DNA of 64,000 bases from Cetorhinus maximus. Lineage: Eukaryota. The translations under genes and the position numbers were made by a program. The notes beneath the pieces are model-generated. The model saw only the letters and a list, made by a program, of their open reading frames with translations. It was not told where the DNA came from and did not search any database. Of this stretch, positions 25,345 to 37,465 are shown piece after piece; the stretch's first letter is position 1, and each line of letters begins with the position of its first letter. The stretch covers positions 7,316,001 to 7,380,000 of the forward strand of contig NC_135910.1 of the NCBI RefSeq assembly GCF_964194155.1, read 5' to 3'.

Positions 25345-26130
25345 TAAGCCCATGGCATTCTGAGTAAGAACATGGAGAGACAATATAAAATAAAGGGTAC
25401 AACTCCAAAGAGGGTGCAGGGGCAGAGGTGCATAAGTCATTGAAAGTGGCAGGACAGGTTGCAAGTCTGGTAATAAGGCACACAGCATCCTAGGCTTTAT
25501 TAATAGAGACATAGAGGTACAAGAGCAGGAAGGTTATGTTGAACTTGTATAGGACACTAGTTAGACCTTCAGGTGGAGTAGTGTGTCCAGTTCTGGGCAC
25601 CACATTTTAGGAAGGATATGAAGCCGTTGGAGAGGGTGCAGAAAAGATTCACGAGAATGGTTCCAGGGATGAGGAACTTCAGCTGTTAAGATAGGTCGAA
25701 GGAGATGGGACTGTTTTCCCTGGAGAAAAGGAGGCTGAGAGGACATTTGATAGAGGCGTTCAAAAATCATAAGGGATCTGGGCAGAGTAGATCGGGAGAA
25801 GTCATTCCCATTGGTCAAAAGGATTGAGAACGAGGGGGCACAGATTTAAAGTAATTGGCAAAAGAAGCAGAGCTGACACGAGGAGGTACTTTCTCACGCA
25901 GCCAGGGGGTTAGGGTCTGGAATGCCCTGCCTGAGAGTGTGCTGGAGGCAAGTTCAACTGAAGCATTCAGAATGGAATTAGACTGTTATCTGAGGTGGAA
26001 GAATGTGCAGGGTTACGGGGAGAAAGCGGGAGACCGGCACTCAGTGACTTGCTCATTCGGAGAGCCCATGCAGACACGATGGGCCGAATGGCCCCCCGTT
26101 CTGTGGTGTAACAATTCTGTGACTCTGTAA
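25345..26130 (+). mobile_element. CR1 (HER1-like) 3' fragment
   Basis: gtgtccagttctgggcacc, gagagggtgcag, gtctggaatgccctgcc and tail gatgggccgaatggcc. Confidence 0.9.
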
Positions 26131-27340
26131 GTCTTTTGGATGAGACATTTAACTAATCCCCCTTCTGGGTTTCAGACGCAAGTGAGAGATCTCATGACAC
26201 GATTCGAAGTAAAGCAACGGGTTCATGGGCCAATACTTATCCCTCAGCCAGTAACATTAGAACAGGTCATTTTCACATTGCTATTTGTGGGATCCTCCTG
26301 TGTACAAACTGACAGCCACCTTTCCCTCCATCACGACAGTGACTGCACATCAAAAGCACTACAATGGCTGCAGGGAATTTCAGGGGTGCCCCAAGGTCAC
26401 GCAAGACGCTATCTAAATGCAAGTCTCTCTTTCTATCTTAGCAACTGAAGCAGGCTGACATTTAAATTCATACTGAAACTCCGAGTCCTGTTATCACATA
26501 AAATCGTTTGTTCACCACACGGATAAGACTGAAAAAGCTGAACTGCTCTCACCAGGGCTGTTATTTTAGTTATAGATATCTTCACTGCAGGAGAGGGGGT
26601 GGGGGGGGGGAGATCAGGTTGTGTGCAGGCAGAGAGCCCCCAAGCTCTGCTCCCTCACCCCTGTCACCACATTCACCTTGCCCTCCAGTATCTCGCACTC
26701 GTGGCTGGCTCCCAGGCTTGAGCACTCAAGGGGTATTTAACCAAGAGGTGCAGCTAGCAATTGGGAGTTAGGTCTCAGTTAGTAATATGCTTCCCTCTGA
26801 GTCAGGAAAGTTGTGGGTTCAAGGCCCACTCAAGCCACCTGAGCACAAAATCGCGGCTGACACTCCAGTGTGGTACTGTGGGAGGCCTGCACTGCTGAAG
26901 GCATCACCTTTTGGTTCTCAGGTGAACGTGAAAGACTTTTTCAACGCACAACAATGGAGATCTCCCTGGTGCATTGACCAATTTTTAATCCCTCAACCCG
27001 CATCACTAAAAATCAGATTGCCCGGTCGTCATCTGAGGCTGCGTTTGCTGCCAGCATGCTCAGTTGTATGTACGGCCGCCATCTTCATAGGGGGTCAATA
27101 TGCAGCGGGGCACATGAGTGGTCATTACTGGCCCTGCAATTGCAAATATTACAGCAGCGGCAGCATCAAGTTAACACCCTTAACAATTCCCTCCCATGCA
27201 CAGCTCACCCCAAACCTGACAGGCAGGGAAGAAAGGGCAAATGGAATGCACTCCTTCCGCCCATCCTCACACCGCATCCCCCCAGCTAAAATGACACATC
27301 ATGCTGATGTCTTTTTAGGAATTCATTAAAAGATGAAATA

Positions 27341-27499
27341 NNNNNNNNNNNNNNNNNNNNNNNNNNNNNNNNNNNNNNNNNNNNNNNNNNNNNNNNNNNN
27401 NNNNNNNNNNNNNNNNNNNNNNNNNNNNNNNNNNNNNNNNNNNNNNNNNNNNNNNNNNNNNNNNNNNNNNNNNNNNNNNNNNNNNNNNNNNNNNNNNNN
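27341..27499. other. Assembly gap
   Basis: Run of N. Confidence 1.
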
Positions 27500-28344
27500 G
27501 GGCAGAGACAGGGAAATGGCTATGCCCTGCGTGCCCGGGCGCCATGGGGCTCAGGAAGCGTGGAAAGTTTGAAGTATGCCGCAAAGAAGCCGTCACCGAT
27601 TACGGGGGGTGCATTTGTGTCTCCTGCAAATTACATCATTGGATTCTGCGCATGGTATCGGCAGCCATCTTGCGTTGGCAGGAGATACAGTGCTTATCTT
27701 ATTGCTGTGTGGGGGGGACTTGGCCGTGTGCAAATTGGCTGCCGTGTTTCCTCTATTCAAAAGGATTTCACCGGCTGTAATGGACTTTGAGACGTCCAGT
27801 GATCATGAAAAGCGCTATCAAACGCAAGTCTTTTTTCCTTTTTGATTTGTCCGGGTCCTCACCAGACAGTGCATTCTCGCACTGAGCCACCGTGAGCCCT
27901 ATCCTTTCTGGCATTGCTCAAGGGGTAAAAAATAATCGGATGGACAACTGATCCCAAGCAGAATCTAAAGCTCAGCATTAAACCCAGGTCCTAATTAGCC
28001 TGGCATTGAGGAACTGTGACTCAAATATTGTCGTTTGCCAAGTGTGCAGCAGCTCAGAGGCAAAATAATAATTGAAAACAAAAATCTATTCCTCTGTATT
28101 AGCAAATATTTCTGTGGTAAACTGCCCAGCTCATTGCCAGAAAGCAGGCCTCTTGCAGTGATGTCATCCTACCCAGAACGCACAGGGGGTTATGAGCCGC
28201 AATGTCACTTCTGCAATGGGTTTCCGTCAAAAATTCCAGTGAACGTTTTGGCCATTAAAAGGTGAGACGTGCCAGTGCCGGCAAAGGGCCCATTTGTACT
28301 TTAAGCAGTCAGTGCTGATATCGGGCACTGCTCGGTTATACACC

Positions 28345-29060
28345 ATCAGAACATAAGAAATAGGAGCAGGAGCAGACCATACAATCCCTCGAGCCTGCTC
28401 CCCCATTCAGGATGATCATGGCCGATCTTCTCCCTCAACTTCACTTTCCCGCCGCTCCCCATATCCCTTGATTCCCTGAGAGATCAAACTTCTATCCATC
28501 TCAGTCTCGAATATATTCAACGACAGAACATCTGCAACCCTCTGGGGGTGGGGGGGGGGGTAGAGAATTCCAAAGATTCACAGCCCTTTGAGTAAAGAAG
28601 TTTCTCCTCATCTCAGTCCTAAATGTTTACCACTGCCCCTTACCCTGAGACAGTGCTCGGTTTCTAGATTCCCCCGACCGGTGGAAACAGTCTCAGTGTC
28701 TACCCCGTGAAGCCCCTTCAGAATCTTGAATGTCTCAATGCGATTACCTCTCTCATTCTTCTACACTGCAGAGTATAGGCCCAATTTACTCAGCCTCTCA
28801 CCATGGGACAACCCTCGAGCCAATCGAGTGAATCTTCACCGTTACCGCCTCCCATGCAAGTATATCCTTCCTGTGATACGGAGACCAAAATTGCAGATAG
28901 TGCTCCAGGCGTGGTCTCCCCAACGCCCTGTACAATTGTAGCAAGACTTTGGCCGGGATTTTCCAGCCCTGCCGGAGTTTGCAGCCCCCATGGTGGGTCC
29001 CATCACAGCAGGGCCTGAAAATTCAGGCCTTTGCTATTCTTGGAGTCCAATCGGCATACC
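28345..29060 (-). mobile_element. CR1 3' fragment, with a small MITE inserted at ~28951-29029
   Basis: Begins agaacataagaaataggagcagg (CR1 tail, reverse complement) and includes typical CR1 C-terminal sequence. Confidence 0.85.
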
Positions 29061-29204
29061 GCACGCCTTAGGTGTCTGCTCTGCCGCAGTAACATGCACC
29101 CACCCCAATCTGAGGAGAATCTCCCCCTGCTGCACCATTACCCTGGTTACCATATTTACACGTGTATAAGACGGGCCATTTATTCCCCTGTGTAGGTTGG
29201 GGAT

Positions 29205-30150
29205 GAGACTTATATGAGGGTCATGTCTTTCATTAAAGGGGGGAATGCAACTTATATCAGGGTCCAATGCTCTCTCAGGGGAGGGGGGTGCACCTTATAT
29301 GAGAGTCTAATGCTCCCTCAGGGGAGGGGGTGCATCTTATATGAGGGTCCAATGCTCTCTCAGGGGAGCGGGTTGCACCTTATGAGGGTCTAATGCTCCC
29401 TCAGGGGAGGGGGTGCATCTTATATGAGGGTCCAATGCTCTCTCAGGGGAGGGGGATGCACCTTATATGAGGGTCTAATGCTCCCTCAGGGGAGGGGGTG
29501 CATCTTATATGAGGGTCCAATGCTCTCTCAGGGGAGGGGGATGCACCTTATATGAGGGTCTAATGCTCCCTCAGGGGAGGGGGTGCATCTTATATGAGGG
29601 TCCAATACTCTCTCAGGGGAGGGGGATGCACCTTATATGAGGGTCTAATGCTCCCTCAGGGGAGGGGGTGCATCTTATATGAGGGTCCAATGCTCTCTCA
29701 GGGGAGGGGGATGCACCTTATATGAGGGTCTAGTGCTCCCTCAGGGGAGGGGGTGCATCTTATATGAGGGTCCAATACTCTCTCAGGGGAGGGGGATGCA
29801 CCTTATATGAGGGTCTAATGCTCCCTCAGGGGAGGGGGTGCATCTTATATGAGGGTCTAATGCTCTCTCAGGGGAGGGGGATGCATCTTATATGAGGGTC
29901 TAATGCTCCCTCAGGGGAGGGGGTGCATCTTATATGAGGGTCTAATGCTCCCTCAGGGGAGGGGGTGCATCTTATATGAGGGTCCAATGCTCTCTCAGGG
30001 GAGGGGGATGCACCTTATATGAGGGTCTAATGCTCCCTCAGGGGCGGAGGTGCATCTTATATGAGGGTCCAATGCTCTCTCAGGGGAGGGGGATGCACCT
30101 TATATGAGAGTCTAATGCTCCCTCAGGGGAGGGGATGCGTCTTATTATGA
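29205..30150. repeat. Minisatellite of ~22 units of 42/43 bp with an 85-bp higher-order dimer
   Basis: CTTATATGAGGGTCTAATGCTCCCTCAGGGGAGGGGGTGCAT (42) alternates with CTTATATGAGGGTCCAATGCTCTCTCAGGGGAGGGGGATGCAC (43); for example, units start at 29462, 29504 and 29547. Confidence 0.95.
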
Positions 30151-31364
30151 GAATTCAATCCTTTCACCAGTTCCTTGTCCAGCTAGGAATGCCTTCAAAG
30201 TCGGCTAATCCCGCACCAGCCGTGCTGCCTCTTCCGGATTCCAACTTGAGATCCAGGTTCCTGCTATTGAGGCGAAATTGGAGCCCAGCTCAGCGACATG
30301 AATTTAGGGATCGGGGGAGTTCAAACCAGCGGGAGGGGAAAGGTGGGAGAGAGTGCGCACACGGCTCAGCGCTGCAGGAGTGAAGGACAGGAATGAGCTG
30401 CTCTGGCTGAGAAGGAGCAGAGAGTAAATGAATTCCCAGATGTTTTTTTTGTAATGCCGGCCTTCAGCTTATACAAGGCTCATGGACGCTGGGGTTGGGT
30501 GGAGGTGGGGGTCAACTTACACATGGCCAACTAATTTTTTTTTTAAGTGATTATTTCACATAATTTTGCAATTATACTTGGGATGTGGATGACACTGTCA
30601 AGGTCACCATGACTGTCCAACCCTGGCTGTCCTGAGGTGATGGAATGTGTTGTTTGGACACCCGAGTGGCTTATCCGGCGACATCAGAATCCACGTGGGC
30701 GCCAGGGTAGGTAGGAACGACAAGCTGCCTTTCCTGAAGCAGCGAGCCACTTGGGATTTTTCCACATTTTCATGGTCACCTCTTCTGGTTACGTCTTTTT
30801 AGTTTGCCTTCCTTGCCTCATCACCGAAGAATTAAACCACGGGGATTTTGGGGATTGCCAGCAGAGAGCAGGCCAATGTCTGCCAAGTTCTCCTTCTGCC
30901 ATCCTGGTAGTCACATGATCCAAAAATGATAGAGGGGCTGGCATCTCAGGAGCCCTCTATCAGCAGCAAGCACTCTAGGTCAGGGGGGCCATGTCATCTA
31001 GAGTAAAGGTCCTTCCCCGCCCCAAAAGTGTACCTCAGCCCTGGTCTTGGCAAAGCATCGCCCCTTTACCGCGTGGGTGCCTCATGGGTCCATTTTCCAA
31101 GCCAGTCACCTTGTGGTCCCTCAATGCAACGTTGCCAATTAAGGGCCATTTCGTGCTATGATCCATACACCACTTGGGAGGGACAGGACTATGATTGTCC
31201 AATCTCCCAGCTGATGTTGAATCCTTGCAGCCAGCAGAGGACATTCCTCCCTTTGGTTCTGGCGAGATTTGAAAGCACCCGAGCTGGAAGTCTCACCTGC
31301 TGAGCTAACCAACTTTTCTCCTAAATCCAATTTTTGCACCCGGGGAAACTTCAAAAGTCTCAGC

Positions 31365-31980
31365 CTCAGGCTCAGTGGGTAACACACTGACCTCTGGGCC
31401 AGGAGGTCAAAGGGCTCAAATCCCACTCCAGAGACTTGAGCACAAGATCCCAGCTAACACTCCCCAGCGCAGTACTGAGGGAGTGCCGTACTGTCAGAGG
31501 TGCTGAATTTTGGATGAGATGTTAAATGGAGGCCCCATCTGCCCTTTTAGGTGGATGTATAAGGTCCACATTGTTAATAGTATGTCGATTATATTAAGAT
31601 ATACAGGGTGAAGAGCATTGTTTAATTAAGTACTTTGAGCATGTATAAACAGGGGATAGCTGGGACACTGGGTGTTTGGGGAGAGCTGTGAGACTGAACA
31701 AGTCAATAAACTCTCTCAGTAAAGAATAGCTCTGTGCCTTGGTTTTGACTTCACCAGCCAGTTTGTATTCTATTAACACCCATGGCACTATTCAAAGAGC
31801 AGGGAGTGCTCCTCAGAGTCCTGACCAGTATTTATCCCTCAACCAGCATCATTGAAACAGATTATCTGATCGTTATCGCATTTTTGTTTGTGGAAGCTTG
31901 CTATGCACAAATTAGGTCTGCATTTCCTGCAATACAACAGCAACTCCTTTGGCTTACAGGTACTATATAAACACTAGTTC
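31365..31980 (+). mobile_element. Deu-domain SINE split by a 207-bp insertion
   Basis: Head ggctcagtgg...ctcaaatcccactccagagacttgagc; the body resumes at catggcactattcaaagagcaggg after 31778. Confidence 0.8.
31572..31778 (+). mobile_element. Solo LTR-like insertion
   Basis: Termini TGTTAATAG...CTATTAACA (perfect 9-bp inverted repeat); flanks CACAT/CCCAT (5-bp TSD, 1 mismatch); internal TATAAA and AATAAA. Confidence 0.75.
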
Positions 31981-32974
31981 TTTCTCTCACATTGTTGACG
32001 TTCATATATATCTGATGAGAAAGATTTAAGATAGGATTTTCAGGAGACCAGTTGTAAAATGTGCCCCTTGAGAACAATGCTTACAATGTAACCAGTTAAG
32101 ATGCTCTTTAGTCATTTCAACAGGACTGTGGCAGTACAGGATCTCCAACACTGAACATAGAAGTGAAAGTGAGTGTGTGATTCACGCAGTGTTTTCTGAA
32201 GTTGGTGCTAACTTCTGGGCAATTCAGCTTCAGGAAGCCTCTGTATGCTGTATAAACCTTATCCGGATTCCAGCACCAACAGGACCACCTGCATTTATAT
32301 AGCACCTTGAACTGAGTATGATCTCTCAAGGAGCACGATCAGACACAAAATTTGACACCAAGTCACACAGATATTTGTAATTGGTGACCAAAGTCTTAGA
32401 ATGAGAGAGACGTAGAGAGATTTAGGGAGGGAATTCCAGAAATTAGGGCCTGGACAGTTAACCAATGGAGGGGAGAAGGAAACTTTGGATGCAATACCGG
32501 CCAAAATTGGAGTGATGCAAGAGTTGTCATAGCGCTATAGGGCTAAAGCAGGCTAGAGAGATATTTCGAATCACATTCAGTGATGTTGCAACAATTAAGT
32601 GTCTCTACCGTATGCACTAAAGTCAGACAACCAGAAAAAAAGTTACTGCTACTTTTGTTTCCCAAGTAGCCTCACTACATTTTCCCAATGGAATAAGACA
32701 CTAAGAATCCACCAGCAGGATTTACAGGTGCAGGACCTGGTACGTCGCCTTGTTCCCTGAAGTTCGAAATAATCACACTTATAAGACTCCAAATGCTGGA
32801 GCTTCACCAAGTGTATCTCTTACAGCTCCCCATGTGGCTGGAGGACTGATTGATGCATTGCTGCTCCGCACCTGACTGCAATGCAGCAGTTGATGTGGCA
32901 CCCTGGATTCACGTAACAATTAGTTCGTAGCTCTTAACGAACATTATAACGAAATAACATCGTTCTTCCTTTAA

Positions 32975-33115
32975 ATAAAATATATATATATATATCACGC
33001 ACAAATATATAGACACAAATATGTATATAATATATAAACACACGTGTGTATGATGCATATATTATACACATATACGCACACATATATTACACACAGATAT
33101 TGAAAACATATATTA
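32975..33115. repeat. (TA)n/(CA)n low-complexity microsatellite
   Basis: tatatatata...acacatatattacacac. Confidence 0.8.
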
Positions 33116-33758
33116 TCTAAACCAAAAAAGATTAACAATTGACTCTCACAAAGTGAACATCTTTTGAGTCTGTTATAACTTGTTTTCTTTTCTCAAAACA
33201 TTATTCTTGGTATCGCTTATGTGGTGGGATTTCATGCCTCTATCTTTAGCAAGTTTGTTGAAGTATTGACCTCCTCCTATCTGTACATCAGTGAGTTATT
33301 GTCTTACTTCCCCCTGGTCACCTGGAGGGGGTATCTTGCTTGGGTAGAGTTTTCTTATATTTTCTTCCATTCAACAGCTCTGCAGGTGATTTCATGTCAA
33401 CCTGGAGAGGTGTAGAGCGGAGTGGCGATAAGGCAAGGTTTGGGTCTTCGTTTGTCTCTTGGCATTTTGTGCGGTTCTCTTGACCGTCTGGACATGTCTT
33501 TCTATAAACCCATGTCCCCTTGGGTAATGTCACGTTAAAGTGACGACATTGAACCCACCCTGTTCAACAAATTCCTCAAATTCCCTCAAGGTGAATGGAG
33601 TTCCGCTGTCACATGTTATTCTTTCAGGGATCTCTTACTCAGCAAACAGAACTCGTACTGCTGAGATGATTGTTGTAACTCTCAAATCTTTCGTTTTTTG
33701 GATAAAAGAGAACATCGAGTAGTAGCCTGTGACTACGAGATACTATTCTTAGTCGTTT

Positions 33759-34002
33759 TGGACCCTGGTCCTTAGTTTGGTTGTTCTGATGGATCCGCTT
33801 GTGTTGGGATGACCAAGTTGGTACCATAGACAGAGCAGGTCAGCAGACAGTTCTTATGTAGAACACATTCCATTTATTTACAAAGGAACTCAACAGTTAC
33901 ACTTTTGTACTTACAGCTCAAACCCTGTCGCTACTCTGCTATTGGATACTAAAATCATTATAACATTCTTCTTAAAGGTATACTACACATCAGATTAGCA
34001 CA
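33759..34002. mobile_element. Candidate solo LTR nested in the Gypsy integrase
   Basis: 244-bp TG...CA insert that splits DLFTHN from YLVV..YYS; flanks GTTT/GTTG; AATAAA on the minus strand. Confidence 0.55.
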
Positions 34003-37000
34003 GTTGTGTGTGAATAAATCAGCTCCCACAGTGTGCCATGGTCAATAGCCATCATCTTTTCCTTGAGTTGTGTATTTTTGTACTTCTACATACATTGCAC
34101 GTAGACACATTCTTTTGATGCTTTTGTAGATGCCTATCTAGTACCCAGCTGATCTGGCTCTGAGCTTACACTTCTCCATCCCCATGTGGCCTTCATGTAT
34201 CTTCTGGAGAAATTCTTTCTGTATCGTTTTGGTTAGGATTATTCTGGATCCAGCTAGCAGAACACCATCTTCCAGTGAGATGCCACCTCTGATAGACCAG
34301 TGCTGTCGTATTGCTGGCTGTGTCTTATCAGGCCATCTCTGGATCGCTTACTGAGAGACAGTCTGTAACTCTCCGTCTTTGCTGGTCTCTTCTCTAATTT
34401 GACTCAGTTCTGGTGGTGTTACGTTCACTAAGTGATGGATCTTTATAGCTAAATCTCTTATCTCATGTTTCCCCTGTGGTGACAATTGAGAGGGCATCTG
34501 CCAGCACCATTTCTCTCCCTGGCCTGTATTTCAGAGTGAAATCGTAACTCTGAAGCCTCAAGGGTAACCTTCACATTCTTGCTGGAGCTCTACACAGATT
34601 CTTCTTGTAGATCTGCTCCAGCGGACGATGATCACTCTCCATGATGAACTTTCTCCCATACAGATATGTATGAAATTTCTCACATCCCAGGCAGGACTGT
34701 CAAAAGTTCTCTTTCCACATTGGCATATCTGGTCTCGGCTGAGGTTAGAACTTTGGATGTGAATGCTATTGGTTTCCCCCCTTGTACCAGTCCTTCTGTG
34801 GGAGCACCCACTTGCAGAGTGACAGACTTTCCTCCTTGCATACTACCTTTTTGAGTTTGTTGAAGCTCTTCTCGCGACTCTGACCACTGGTACTCGATAT
34901 CTGCTCTCGTAGGTTTGCTGTGTGTTCTGACATGAGGTATGAAAGAATAATGGGCAGGATCAAACCAAAGAAACTTCTCAATTCTCTTGTCCCTTGGAGC
35001 TTCTATCTGAGAGACGTGTGGATGGTAGTTGTGTTCTTTTCCACCTATACCACAGATCTGGTTACTATCTGCTAGGCCGACTGCTCCTTTACTTCCTTGG
35101 GATGTCCCATCTACTTTCTGCAGGAACACATTCTGTCTCACTTTAAGGTGAAAGGGTAGCCGCAGGAATTTGTAGAGTCCAAAGGGTGTGTTGAACGTTG
35201 TCAACAGTGAAGATTCCTCATCAAGCTTCTCGCTCCAGGAGCCTTTTCTAGCATCAAGCCGGCTGGAAACATTCACCCCAGGAGGAGTAGCTGGTGCGAT
35301 CTCTTCCAGTGTTGGATTGGGGTAGTGATCCCTCTTTATTGTTTGATTAAGATCTTTGGGACCCAGGCAAATTTTAGCCATCCATTTGGCTTCTCGCTCC
35401 CAGCGATGGAATTTATCCAATCTGAATGCTCGGTGACTCTGACAATCACTTTCTTTCCTTTCCTCTCTTGGAACCCTCTTTCAAACTTTCCTTTCAGTTC
35501 TTTCGATACTTTATGTGGGGGATGAATCACTGGTTTCTTTGTTGGATCAATAGTGATGTGATACTAACAATCTTCAAAGCAGCCGGCCATCGCATCAGGA
35601 CGCTCTGGATACATCCCTACCAGATCTTTCTTACTCCTGATTGGAGGAGGCTTTTCGATAGGTGCACAACCCTCAGCCCTCGGTGACACCCCCTTCATCT
35701 CATGGTTTTTACTGAGATCAGCTGCAGCTCTTCCCAACTGCTTAACCCCAGGATAGCAGATCCATCTGTTTCCGTGATGTAGAACATACAGTTAGCATCT
35801 TTTCCTTTGTGTGTCCCTCTGATGTGGGTTGTTGGATCTCAGTTCCCCCGTATGCTGTTAGCCTGATGTTGCTCGGTTCAGAACACCTTCCCCGGGGGGA
35901 ACCATTTTCCTTCCAAAATTAGAGGGAGCATCTTCTGGGTGTAGTCTGAGCGGGATGATGTTTCTCTGTGCTCTGGTATCAAACTACAGCTTCAGATTTA
36001 TGGTTGCGGGATTATTTCTCGCCCTCTTCCTGATCTGAATGGCTGTGTGAATTTCTTTCCTCTCTAGGGACAATGACATCCAGCCATTTCATGCAGGTCT
36101 ATTGTGCCCTCAACCTCATCATCATCTTCCAGGTATGGATGTTTTGGTTCCTTGTCCTTTTCATTCACCCTGTTGCTGGGTCTCGGATATCTCATTTACC
36201 CTCTCCTCTCTCTGTTCTGCACAGCTTTTCCCAGTGATTGGACTTTCCACAAACTCTGCAGTTTCATCCATATGCGGGACTTTTCATCCTGTCTGTGAAC
36301 TCATGTGGTCACCCACAGCTCTTGCACATCTTTTCCTCTGTCTGGTGTGCATTCCTTTGTCGCTGTTTCGCTGCATCAACCCTTCTGCCTTCCTCTCAAC
36401 TTAACTAAAAGCTAAACATTTGGGTAAGCAGCTTCTTCTTCTGTCTACCCCCGGCTTCACGTGCTTTGGCAGGGTTCTACAGCCTGCAATATTGTGAGCT
36501 TGTCCTTTCCAATCAAACCTTTTTGTACGTCAGTGTGTGCAGAGCTCCAAATGAGCTGATCTAACAGCCTTTCACCTCGGCCTTCAATTTACATTTCTGG
36601 CCGCATTTTGCAATCTGGTTAAGAAATTGTCGACAGGCTCACCTTGTTCATGCCTCAGGTTTTGAAATTTATATCAGTGGATCCGATGATTTAACTTTGG
36701 TTGAAGATGTGTGGTGTGTTTTTTTAAAAATTGTCTGGGATTTTACTGTCGTCCTCACTCATCTCCCAGCTATTAAACAATATAACCCTTTCTCTCCTGT
36801 TGGATGTAATTGACCCTTTTGTCCTCACTAGTGCCTTTTAGAAAACTACTGAATGTCAGTCTGCACTTCTGTTTAAACTTCTCAAATGCCTCTACTCCAT
36901 CATATTATTGCTACGTGTACATACGAGACAACTATTAACTCAATCTAGAGATCATTGCTGGGTTACTCATTGTTCTAGATAATAGAATAATACTGCAAAT

Positions 37001-37054
37001 GGTGCAGCATTAAACTGGGCTTGCTTTATGCTGTATCTGGGGTTAGCTCTGTGT

Positions 37055-37465
37055 TAGCTGTGGCTCAGTTGGTAACACTCCAGGACTGGAGAAAAAATAA
37101 AATCAAGACTAACACTCTAGTGCAGTACTGAGAGAGTGCTGCACTGTCAGGGGTACCAATTCTTGGTTAAACCAATGCCCTGTCTGCTCTCTCAAGTGGG
37201 CATAAAATGTCCCATGGCATCATTTTGAACTGGGACAGCAGGAAAGTTCTCCCCAGTGCCCTGGCCAATAATTCTCCCTCAAGCAACATCACTAAATCAG
37301 GTGAGCGGGTCATTATCAGACTGCTATTTGCTGTGTGTAAATGGGCCGCTGCATTTTCTACATTAGCACAGTGACCACATTTCAAAAAGCACTTCACTGG
37401 CTGTAAAATGCTTCGAGACATCCGGTCGTCACGAAAGGTGCTATATAAATGCAAGTCTTTATTCT
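37055..37465 (+). mobile_element. Deu-domain SINE (SacSINE1-like)
   Basis: ctgtggctcagttggta head and tail ggtgctatataaatgcaagtc. Confidence 0.85.

Larger units (their letters stand above)
32581..36910 (-). mobile_element. Decayed Ty3/Gypsy LTR retrotransposon (gag-protease-RT-RNaseH-integrase, probable 3' LTR ~32581-32959)
   Basis: Minus strand shows gag-like (QGEPVDNFLTRL), RT (DLNQTIKRDHYP.PTLEEI, LDARKG, TTFNTPFGLYKFLRLPF), RNase H (PIAFTSKVLTSAETRYANVEREL) and integrase (PWHTVGADLF, YYS, CDSG, SPAELLNGR) in Gypsy order. A purine tract precedes TGTTAT at ~32959. There are many stops and frameshifts. Confidence 0.88.

Noticed and set aside
27315-27596. ORFs containing X runs (also 40067-41044)
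   Set aside because: They span assembly gaps.
29205-30150. CRISPR-like appearance of the regular 42/43-bp array
   Set aside because: Units are contiguous with no unique spacers, there are no cas genes, and the context is vertebrate. It is a minisatellite.
34680-35420. 246-aa RT ORF as a possible domesticated gene
   Set aside because: The catalytic YxDD is degraded (LADS) and the flanking pol is full of stops and frameshifts, so it is a decayed Gypsy.
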